The notes under the pieces: generated by a model
The model's input: the letters and a program-made list of their open reading frames with translations, nothing else
Databases searched by the model: none
What the model was told of the DNA's origin: nothing
Made by a program: the position numbers and the translations under genes
Shown here: piece after piece, positions 37,066 through 50,873 of the stretch
Numbering within the stretch: the first letter of the stretch is position 1
Layout of the letters: every line of letters begins with the position of its first letter
DNA from: Dehalococcoidia bacterium
GTDB lineage: Bacteria > Chloroflexota > Dehalococcoidia > Dehalococcoidales > BS750m-G39
NCBI GenBank assembly: GCA_030608005.1
Contig: JAUWIX010000001.1
Span: forward strand, 14,375 to 78,374
Direction of reading: 5' to 3'
DNA: 64,000 nucleotides

Positions 37066-38160
37066 ATGGAGCACCTACGCATTCCAGGACCCACCCCACT
37101 GCCCGACGAAATCCTCCAGGCAATGACCAAGCAGATGATAAATCATCGTGGTCCAGAGTTTGGGCAGATACTAAGCGAGATAACAGCTAAACTGAAACAA
37201 TTATTCCAGACCAAGGATGATGTTTTTCTGCTCACCAGCTCGGGGACAGGCGGCTTAGAGGCAGCAATCGTTAATACTCTATCCCCAGGAGACAAGGTAC
37301 TATCGGTGTCTGTTGGCGTCTTTGGCGAACGCTTTGCTACTATCGCCGAGCAATTTGGGGCTGAGGTAATCCCGCTCCGCTTTGAATGGGGCAGGGCGGC
37401 TGATGTAGATGCTGTTCGCCAGGCTCTTAAGGCTGAACCAAAAATAAAAGCGGTGCTGGTTACCCACAATGAAACCTCTACCGGCGTCACCAATGACCTG
37501 GCTCCAATAAGCTCAGCGGTGAAGGAATTTGATAAACTGCTGCTGGTTGATGCCATCAGTAGCCTGGGCTCAATCAACCTGCCTGTAGATGACTGGCACT
37601 GCGATATTACAGTTACTGGTTCCCAGAAGGGGTGGATGGTTCCTCCCGGTTTGGCTATGGTTAGCGTGAGCCAGGAGGCGTGGCAGGCATATTCAAAAGC
37701 CAAGACGCCCCGCTTTTACTGGGATTTTGCCAAGGCTAAAAGTTATCTGGAAAAGGGACAAACGCCATGGACGCCAGGTATCTCCACGGTATTCGCTCTA
37801 TCGGTATCGCTGGAAATGATGCTGAAAGAAGGGTTACCTAATATCATCGCCCGACATGCCAGGGTTGGCAAAGCAGCCCGAGATGGAGTAAAATCGCTAG
37901 GCTTATCCCTCTTTGCTGAGGAGAGCCATGCCTCCAATACGGTTACCGCTGTAGCTGCCTCAGACGGACTTGATACCAATAAAATGCGCCAAATTCTGAG
38001 GGAGGAGCACCAGATTGTGCTCGCTGGTGGACAACAGAGATTAGATGGCAAGATATTCCGCATCGGTCATTTGGGCTGGGTGACTGAGGACGACATTGAA
38101 ACAGTAATTTCAGCGCTAAGGGTAGTATTACCACAGGCTGGGTTCAGGAGCGTTAGTTAA
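37066..38160 (+). CDS. class V aminotransferase (serine-glyoxylate / phosphoserine aminotransferase type)
   Basis: IPGPTP start, TGSQKG PLP-lysine context, and HNETSTGV. It lies directly upstream of serA. Confidence 0.75.
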   Translation: MEHLRIPGPTPLPDEILQAMTKQMINHRGPEFGQILSEITAKLKQLFQTKDDVFLLTSSGTGGLEAAIVNTLSPGDKVLSVSVGVFGERFATIAEQFGAEVIPLRFEWGRAADVDAVRQALKAEPKIKAVLVTHNETSTGVTNDLAPISSAVKEFDKLLLVDAISSLGSINLPVDDWHCDITVTGSQKGWMVPPGLAMVSVSQEAWQAYSKAKTPRFYWDFAKAKSYLEKGQTPWTPGISTVFALSVSLEMMLKEGLPNIIARHARVGKAARDGVKSLGLSLFAEESHASNTVTAVAASDGLDTNKMRQILREEHQIVLAGGQQRLDGKIFRIGHLGWVTEDDIETVISALRVVLPQAGFRSVS

Positions 38161-38162
38161 TA

Positions 38163-39737
38163 GTGAAAGTCTTAATTGCTGACCGTATTTCTGAAAAGGG
38201 GATAGATATTCTTCGTAACTATGCTCAGGTGGATATTAAGCTGGGACTCAAGCCAGAGGAGCTCATATCCACCATTGGCGACTATGAGGCTCTGGTGGTG
38301 CGCAGCCAGACCAAGGTCTCAGCTGAGGTTATTGAAGCCGGGAAAAGGCTACAGGTCATCGCCCGGGCTGGTGTTGGGATAGACAATATTGATGTGGAAG
38401 CAGCAACCCGGCGAGGCATTGTGGTAGTTAATGCCCCCACTGGCAACACTATCTCTGCTGCCGAGCATACCATTGCCCTTATGCTTTCCTTGGCTCGCCA
38501 TATCCCTCAAGCCAACGCTGTGCTCAAATCGGGAGTATGGCGGCGAAGTGATTTCATGGGCACTGAGGTAAGAGATAAAACCTTGGGTATCCTAGGCTTG
38601 GGCAATGTAGGGTCGGAGGTAGCCAGACGAGCCAGAGGTCTGCAAATGAAACTCATCGCTTATGACCCCTTCATCTCCATCGACCATGCCCGCAAACTTC
38701 AGGTGGAGCTTGTTCCCTTAAAGCAGCTACTCAAGGAATCGGACTTCATAACCCTTCACCTCCCATTAACTGATTCAACCAAGGGATTAATTGGAGCCAA
38801 GGAGCTAGCTTTGGTCAAACCAACAGCTCGTATCATTAACTGTGCCCGAGGCGGGCTAATTGATGAGGAAGCCCTAGCTAAGGCGGTGAAAGAGAAAAGG
38901 GTGGCTGGGGCTGCCGTTGATGTCTTCTCCACCGAACCAGCCACTGAGAGCGTCCTCTTTGAGGATGATAACATCATTGTTACCCCCCATCTGGGCGCTT
39001 CCACCACTGAGGCTCAAGCTACCGCAGCCAGGGATGTTGCTGAGCAGGTTATCGATGTATTTAATGGTCGTCCAGCCAGGTACTCGGTTAATGCTCCCTT
39101 TATTTCTGTTGAAACCCTGTCAGTGCTAGCACCCTTCATAAAGGTAGCGGGCAATGTGGGCAAACTGGTCAGCCAGCTAATTGAGGGACAGATGAACGCC
39201 ATTCAGATTAAATATAATGGCGAGATTTCTAACTATGATACCGATACCCTTAAGGCAGCCGTGCTGGGTGGACTACTTGAAGAGATAAGTGAGGAACGAG
39301 TTAATCTGGTCAATGCCAACATAGTGGCTGCCCAGCGCGGTCTGAACGTAGTGGAACAGAAGGAGTCCACCTGTGAAAATTATGCTAGCCTTATCACTGC
39401 AGAGGTTACCACCAGCGCCGGGGTTACTACCGCCGCCGGGACGGTAATGCGTGGGGAATCACATATTGTTCGAGTCAACAACTATTGGTTTGATATTATG
39501 CCCACCGGAGGCTATTTCCTACTTAGCGACCACCTAGACCGCCCCGGGGTCCTCGGAGCGGTGGGCAAGATAACCGGTGATGCCGATATAAATATTAGTG
39601 CCATGCATGTATCTCGCCTTAAACCAAGGGGACAAGCCTTAATGATACTAGCCTTAGACGAACCCCTACTTGAAGAACAACGCCAGCAAATACTGTCTAT
39701 CCCCGATATCTATACCGCTAAACTGGTAAAGCTGTAA
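38163..39737 (+). CDS. serA: D-3-phosphoglycerate dehydrogenase (long form with ASB and ACT domains)
   Basis: 524 aa. GLGNVGSEVARR NAD motif, CARGG..DE, TPHLGAST, and a C-terminal ACT-like region. The start codon is GTG. Confidence 0.92.
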   Translation: MKVLIADRISEKGIDILRNYAQVDIKLGLKPEELISTIGDYEALVVRSQTKVSAEVIEAGKRLQVIARAGVGIDNIDVEAATRRGIVVVNAPTGNTISAAEHTIALMLSLARHIPQANAVLKSGVWRRSDFMGTEVRDKTLGILGLGNVGSEVARRARGLQMKLIAYDPFISIDHARKLQVELVPLKQLLKESDFITLHLPLTDSTKGLIGAKELALVKPTARIINCARGGLIDEEALAKAVKEKRVAGAAVDVFSTEPATESVLFEDDNIIVTPHLGASTTEAQATAARDVAEQVIDVFNGRPARYSVNAPFISVETLSVLAPFIKVAGNVGKLVSQLIEGQMNAIQIKYNGEISNYDTDTLKAAVLGGLLEEISEERVNLVNANIVAAQRGLNVVEQKESTCENYASLITAEVTTSAGVTTAAGTVMRGESHIVRVNNYWFDIMPTGGYFLLSDHLDRPGVLGAVGKITGDADINISAMHVSRLKPRGQALMILALDEPLLEEQRQQILSIPDIYTAKLVKL

Positions 39738-39754
39738 TCTGCCACTCAAGTTAC

Positions 39755-41071
39755 CTACCCCAGCCGATGGAAAACTAATCCTGCTGGTAGCTTAGGATAG
39801 AAGTAGGTTGATTTTCTGGGCATTCGGTCACTGGCATCGGCAATGGCTTTAATCACCTCCACCCTAACCGGGCTTAATAGAAAGGCTAACTGGTATTCCC
39901 CATCTAATACCTTGTTTACCGCATCCAGTCTACCATAGCTATAGGCAAGAATTGCTTCCTCTTTACCACTGCTCAGTCCCAGTAGCTTCTCCAATATGAT
40001 GTGGTCAAGCACACTAACATCCAACCCTTTGTATAGCTCGGAATGAAAGTAGGGCATCATCTGGCTGGCAGCAGCCAGGTTGCGTAACTTGAGCACAAGG
40101 AGACGCCCTTGGGCCAAACCAAAAAGAACCAATCTGACCTCGTTTGTCTCCCCGGCAATCAATAAATCGTCAACTTGCTGCCAGATGTCAGGCATATTAA
40201 GCGGCAGCTCCTCTATTTCAAAGAATGACTTTAACTTGGCCAGCAGCTCATTCAGGGTTGTTCTTGATATCCCCCGGACCAGCCTATGAGGAGGTAGGAT
40301 AATAAGCCCGGGGTCAGAGAAATCTACCAGCGTCATCATTACAAAATCGAACGCCTCGTCTCCTGACACTGGTGAAGAACAGGCACGCCTCTCTCGCTGG
40401 TAAGTAAGAGCGCTCTCATAGCGATGGTGCCCATCAGCAATATAAAGCGGTTGACGAGCTAAGCTACCGCATATCTGACCGATAACCTCAGGCTCGGTGA
40501 TAGCCCAAACATCATGCCTTTCTCCGTTAGCACCACTCAAGCTAATTATAGGCTGGCTTTGCTCTTGTGCCGCTAGCAACGAGGAGACCCGCTGTCCCCG
40601 GTCTTCAAATAAAGCCAAAATTGGGCTGGCATTGGCTTGACATGCCCATAACAAGCTTAATCGGTCATTCATGGGCTCAACCAGTGTGCCCTCGTGGGGG
40701 CGGACTACCATCTTATCCCACTCCTCCAACCTGACACAGGCGATTATACCGCGGCGCCTGAATTCTTTCCCCTTATGGTTGAAATAGTGGTCGTGGAGGT
40801 AGATAGCCGGCGCTTGGTCAACCATAAAAACAGCTTGCTCCAACCACCGCTCTAAGGTAGCTGCTGAGCGAGTATATCTATTGTCCGTAGCTGTATCCTG
40901 AGGTAACTCTCGACCATATTCTACTCGGACAAAGTTATACTCGCTCCTGCGATGGAGCTCTTGCCGTAACTGTGGGGTAATAATGTCATACGGGGGACAA
41001 ATAACTGCTGATAGGTCTTTAACCAACGATTGATTATAACGCACACCCCGGAAGGGATGAATTTCAGCCAT
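39755..41071 (-). CDS. DUF1015-family protein
   Basis: 438 aa. The N-terminus I.PFRGVRYN and ADGHHRYE resemble DUF1015 members. Confidence 0.7.
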   Translation of the reverse strand: MAEIHPFRGVRYNQSLVKDLSAVICPPYDIITPQLRQELHRRSEYNFVRVEYGRELPQDTATDNRYTRSAATLERWLEQAVFMVDQAPAIYLHDHYFNHKGKEFRRRGIIACVRLEEWDKMVVRPHEGTLVEPMNDRLSLLWACQANASPILALFEDRGQRVSSLLAAQEQSQPIISLSGANGERHDVWAITEPEVIGQICGSLARQPLYIADGHHRYESALTYQRERRACSSPVSGDEAFDFVMMTLVDFSDPGLIILPPHRLVRGISRTTLNELLAKLKSFFEIEELPLNMPDIWQQVDDLLIAGETNEVRLVLFGLAQGRLLVLKLRNLAAASQMMPYFHSELYKGLDVSVLDHIILEKLLGLSSGKEEAILAYSYGRLDAVNKVLDGEYQLAFLLSPVRVEVIKAIADASDRMPRKSTYFYPKLPAGLVFHRLG

Positions 41072-41155
41072 GCTTATCTAATCCTTTTGCTGCGAATATA
41101 CAGAAGTTTGCTAACCATTTAGTTTACCCTATAACACTGAAAGGGGGCAAGTCTT

Positions 41156-41797
41156 TTACCAAATAACCAAGATGTCCATTATGGTATCGTCATATGAAGG
41201 TTTCTCATAGTAATAACCCGGTTTAGGCTCTAAACACTTGTACCAGCGTTTACCTATGACAGGTGTGGCTCTCATATCTGTTTGCGACTCAAAGAATAAT
41301 AACCCTTCATCAATGGTATCGAAGGCTATTATTGAATGCCCACCTTCCCCAAAGCGCAGCTCAACAAAAGCGCATCGTAAGCCTTCTTCTTCAGCATTAT
41401 TACACGCATCCCTAGCGAAGTGGCTACATACATAAGTATCCTCAACATATTTATTCCTGTCTGTCCTATCCTTTCTCAAGAAGGTAACTGCCTCTTTATA
41501 AGTCGGGTCTCTTAATGTATAACCATGTCCTAAGCCAACCTCCACACCTTCCGCATATCCGTCCTCATAGCCATCGGCTTCGCCCAGGTCATAACCTTCT
41601 CCTTTGCCTGTAGCGTAGCCTTCATCATAGCCATCCTGTTGCCCCAAGCTATAGCCTATCTTTTGGCCTGCAGAATAGCCTTTATCATATCCTTCTGCTT
41701 CGCCTATACCATAGGCAATATTATAAACAATAAACCCACTAAGGCATACTACACCCAATATACCTATAGCTATAAAAATTTGTTTTGTCCATTTCAT
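41156..41797 (-). CDS. membrane-anchored protein with GY-x2-GY repeat region and a Cys/His C-terminal domain
   Basis: One N-terminal TM is followed by about 12 tandem G-Y-[DE]-x-G-[YL] units (EGYDKGYSAGQKIGYSLGQQDGYDEGYATGKGEGYDLGEADGYEDGYAEG). A globular C-terminal part with YVCSHFA...GGHSIIAF follows. Confidence 0.55.
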   Translation of the reverse strand: MKWTKQIFIAIGILGVVCLSGFIVYNIAYGIGEAEGYDKGYSAGQKIGYSLGQQDGYDEGYATGKGEGYDLGEADGYEDGYAEGVEVGLGHGYTLRDPTYKEAVTFLRKDRTDRNKYVEDTYVCSHFARDACNNAEEEGLRCAFVELRFGEGGHSIIAFDTIDEGLLFFESQTDMRATPVIGKRWYKCLEPKPGYYYEKPSYDDTIMDILVIW

Positions 41798-41893
41798 GCT
41801 ACTAACCCCCGTTGTTATTAATGCATATTATACCCGTTTATCTTTTGCCTAGCTATAGATTATGTTATAATTTTCATAAGCACAGCATCATGA

Positions 41894-43921
<2,028 letters not shown>

Positions 43922-43922
43922 A

Positions 43923-44504
43923 ATGAAATTAATCGTAGGCTTAGGTAATCCAGGGCGCAAGTACGCCAACAACCGCCATAATATTGGGTTTATTTGCCTG
44001 AGTCATTTTGCCCGGACTCAGGGCATAAGATTTGACAAAAAACGGGGTCGAGCCCGAATTGGCATGGGTGAGGTGGCTGGAAATAAGGTGGTGGTAGCCA
44101 AGCCCCAGACCTACATGAACTTGAGTGGTCAGTCGGTAAGCCGGCTAGTAAGGAAGTTCAATATCAATCTAAATGACCTCCTGGTTATCCATGACGACCT
44201 TGACTTACCTTTAGGTAAAATCCGCATCCGCCAGAGCGGTGGCTCCAGTGGGCACAAGGGTATTGACTCTATCATCAGTTGCCTAGAAAGCCAGGATTTT
44301 ATTCGTATTCGGGTAGGCATTGGACGACCTACCAAAAATGAAGGCTCTACTGAAATCAGCGATGATGAAATTATTGCCTATGTACTCAGCGACTTCACCG
44401 CTGAACAAAAACAAACCATCGACCAAGTTATACCTAGGGTAAGTGAAGCCATCCTTTGCCTTCTCACCGAGGGTCTAACCGCAGCTATGAATGGATATAA
44501 CTAG
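43923..44504 (+). CDS. pth: peptidyl-tRNA hydrolase
   Basis: LIVGLGNPG..Y...RHN.GF start. Length is 193 aa. Confidence 0.92.
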   Translation: MKLIVGLGNPGRKYANNRHNIGFICLSHFARTQGIRFDKKRGRARIGMGEVAGNKVVVAKPQTYMNLSGQSVSRLVRKFNINLNDLLVIHDDLDLPLGKIRIRQSGGSSGHKGIDSIISCLESQDFIRIRVGIGRPTKNEGSTEISDDEIIAYVLSDFTAEQKQTIDQVIPRVSEAILCLLTEGLTAAMNGYN

Positions 44505-44541
44505 ATGTTATTAATTTACCTCACCTGCTTTAGGTTTTATC

Positions 44542-44790
44542 AGGTAACCCCATCCCCCTTTATCCCCCTTCCCCTTGATAAGGGGAAGGGGGAAATTCTT
44601 GTAAGAGGGACTTCGTCCCTCTAGAACTCCCCATAATATTTGAGGCTTCGCCTCTCTTGGACTCTTTTTTTCTTCTCCTTAAAAGGAGAGGGGGGAAGAG
44701 ATTTTAGAGAGGGACAAAGCCCCTCTCTTACCTGCACTCCCCCTTCCCTTTAAGAAATAATAAGGGAAGGGGGCCAGGGGGATAGGTTTC
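44542..44790. repeat. cluster of repeat modules; its first ~124 nt are a copy of the 27131-27256 composite
   Basis: Reverse tail plus B (ccccttcccc-ttgataa-ggggaagggg) comes first. A modules follow (agaggga-cttc-gtccctct; gaggcttcgcctctc; agagaggg-acaaa-gcccctctct). A forward B (ccccttccc...gggaagggg) and the tail ccagggggataggtttc end the cluster. Confidence 0.85.
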
Positions 44791-44862
44791 TAAACAATCT
44801 CTAACTAGCTCATGAGCTATTGCTAGAGTTAAGGCTCAGGTGATATAATTCGGTATACTTAT

Positions 44863-46661
<1,799 letters not shown>

Positions 46662-46664
46662 GAA

Positions 46665-47518
46665 ATGAACGAACTAAACATATCAGAGAAAATTCCAAAA
46701 CAGATTAGAAAGTGGACCTGCCACAAGCTTGAGTGCTTTGCTGACTATATTGAAGCCTATACCAGAACGCTGGACAATAATAAGTGTTGCTACCTGGAGC
46801 TATATGCCGGATGTGGCAACTGTATCTGTAAAGGCACCGACTGTGTTATTGAAGACTCAGCACTTCGGGCATTAAGAACCAAAACTAAATTTGATAAGTA
46901 TATGTTTGTGGTAACAGACCACCAAAACGCTAGAAGCCTGAAGCGACTATCAACCCCACACGATACTGCCAATACTGTAGAAATAATAACTGGTAACTGC
47001 ATTAATGAGAAGGTTATCCAGCAGGTATTTGACCTTATTCCCCGCTCAGCATCTAGCCTTGCCCTCATTGACCCCCCGGGATATAGGAAGCTACGCTGGT
47101 CAACAATCAAAAAGCTAGCTGCCCACGGGAAGGACTGGAAAGGCCATAAAATGGAGCTACTCATAATCTTCCCTCTAGAAATGGCTCTCCTGCGGAATTT
47201 AACCCGCCCAGAGTGCGAAGCCTCAATAACCAGGCTCTATGGAAACCGCAAATGGCAGGAGATTAAACAAAACAAATTGGTGGGCAAAATAGGGCTAGGC
47301 AAAGCTAGACAGCGGCTGGCGGAGTTATATAAAGCTGGTCTTAAAGGTTTGGGCTATAGACACATCACCGATTTTAAACCCAGCCGCTTCTCCAAACCTC
47401 CCGTTTACCACATAATTTTAGCCAGTGATAGCGATAGCAGAGCCAAAATCCTGGAGGAGGCTTGGGGCAAGGAGAGATACCTACCCTGCGAGCTACTCTA
47501 CAGCAGGAAAGATAGACC

Positions 47519-47522
<4 letters not shown>
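46665..47522 (+). CDS. TcmP-like protein (three-Cys-motif partner protein family, tentative)
   Basis: 285 aa. WT.HKLE.F..YIEAY...L......YLELYAGCG, later IDPPGY....W.TI..LA, and ELLIIFP match the TcmP family as I remember it. The gene is more AT-rich than eno. Confidence 0.45.
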
Positions 47523-49554
<2,032 letters not shown>

Positions 49555-49571
49555 CAGTACTATAGTAGGAA

Positions 49572-49601
49572 TTGACATTCTGGCATAACCGTGCTTAAAA
49601 T
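49572..49601 (+). promoter_or_regulatory. sigma70-type promoter of the first tubulin-like gene
   Basis: TTGACA (49572-49577), a 17/18-nt spacer, then TGcTTAAAAT (extended -10). The sequence is almost identical to the one in front of the second gene. Confidence 0.6.
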
Positions 49602-49631
49602 AAGACAATATTTTTAACAGCGAGGTGGATG

Positions 49632-50807
49632 ATGAAGCTAGTAGTAATAGGTTTTGGTCAGTGTGGGTGCAACATTGCTGATGAATTTTATGCCATTAAC
49701 AACCATGCTAAATCAATTTTTAATCGTAAGATTGAGATCTTAACCGATGCTTTTGCCATTAACACCGATGAGGCGGACTTAGGTGGTTTTAGGCATATTC
49801 CTAAGGATAGACACCATAGGATTGTGATTGGCGGTGTGAGAACCTTCGGGCATGGAGTTGGCAAAATGAATGTCGATGGTGCCAAGATTATTAAAGAAAG
49901 TTACACGGTTATCACTGATAATATTTTGGAGTCAAGAAAATTTCATGAGACCGATGGAGTTCTAGCCATAGCCAGTGGAAGCGGGGGCACCGGGTCTGGA
50001 GCAATTGGTTGGGCAATAAAGAAACTTAAGGAGAGGATAGAGAAACCAGTTTACGCCGCAGTAGTTCTCCCCTTTGGATATGAAGAAAACGGGGTTACTT
50101 CCTATGCAATAACCAACACTGCCACCTGTCTCAAGACAGTAAACCAATATGCTGATGCTGTGTTCTTGCTTGATAATGAACGGTTTGCCAGAAGGGGCTA
50201 CAGCTTCGCCCGAAATCTGCACCAAATAAATCTCGAATTCGTCAACAATTTCTATGACCTTTTCTGCGCCGGGGAGGAGAGAAGACCGCAATACCTAGGA
50301 AGCAAAGTGATAGATGCAGGAGATATTAAACAGACACTTGAAGGCATTTCCTCCATTGGCAGGGGGCAGATTGACCTTGCCACCTTTTATCGCTGGAGTA
50401 AGGAGCATTTTCGGGAAGAAGCAAGGGAAAGTAGCGCAGTAGCTGGAGCCTTAGATAAAGCCATGAATAACCTGTCTGTGTCAATTGACTTAAAGGATGC
50501 CAGGAAGATTCTGGTTCTACTCACTGCTCAGAAAGGGGTTATTACCCTGAATGCCTTGGAAGAGGTCGCTACTCTGTTACAAGAGAGGGCTCCTAGAGCT
50601 GTAATAAGAATGGGTGATTATCCTAGAAGGGGAAAGGAGATCTCTCTAACTTTAGTTGCTTCCAGCTTAGCCAAAGTGGTCAGGGTAGAGAATCTATATC
50701 TTCAAGCTAAAGATTTATTTAAACAGCAGGCGAAGCTAAATAGAGAAACCCAAGAGCAAATTCAACAGTTGCATCAGACTGGCAAGGAGCTTCCCAGCTT
50801 GGATTAA
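49632..50807 (+). CDS. tubulin/FtsZ-superfamily GTPase, CetZ/tubulin-like, paralog 1
   Basis: T1 GFGQCG, GHGVG, T4 SGGTGSG, LPFGYEE, LLDNERF, T7-like VIDAGDIKQTL, and RMGDYPRRG. The helical tail ends in KELPSLD. I chose the ATG at 49632 by alignment with paralog 2 (GAGGTG-N4-ATGAAG). The ORF track starts at 49629. Confidence 0.85.
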   Translation: MKLVVIGFGQCGCNIADEFYAINNHAKSIFNRKIEILTDAFAINTDEADLGGFRHIPKDRHHRIVIGGVRTFGHGVGKMNVDGAKIIKESYTVITDNILESRKFHETDGVLAIASGSGGTGSGAIGWAIKKLKERIEKPVYAAVVLPFGYEENGVTSYAITNTATCLKTVNQYADAVFLLDNERFARRGYSFARNLHQINLEFVNNFYDLFCAGEERRPQYLGSKVIDAGDIKQTLEGISSIGRGQIDLATFYRWSKEHFREEARESSAVAGALDKAMNNLSVSIDLKDARKILVLLTAQKGVITLNALEEVATLLQERAPRAVIRMGDYPRRGKEISLTLVASSLAKVVRVENLYLQAKDLFKQQAKLNRETQEQIQQLHQTGKELPSLD

Positions 50808-50812
50808 ATATG

Positions 50813-50842
50813 TTGACATTGCTAAAGAACTATGCTTAAAAT
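50813..50842 (+). promoter_or_regulatory. sigma70-type promoter of the second tubulin-like gene
   Basis: TTGACA (50813-50818), a spacer, then TGcTTAAAAT. It is followed by the conserved ATTTTTAA and the GAGGTG Shine-Dalgarno. Confidence 0.6.
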
Positions 50843-50873
50843 AACAACAACATTTTTAATATTGAGGTGAAAA

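Noticed and set aside
37143-37703. Long antisense or shadow ORFs inside well-supported genes. Examples are 37143-37703(-), 45362-45682(-), 14631-15122(+), 8905-9327(+), 10155-10586(+), 18621-19067(+), 23440-23871(+), 33232-33672(+) and 43462-43809(-).
   Set aside because: Each lies entirely within a gene on the opposite strand that has unambiguous family motifs. Their translations are low-complexity (S/P/A/L-rich) and have no ribosome-binding sites. This is typical of spurious shadow ORFs.
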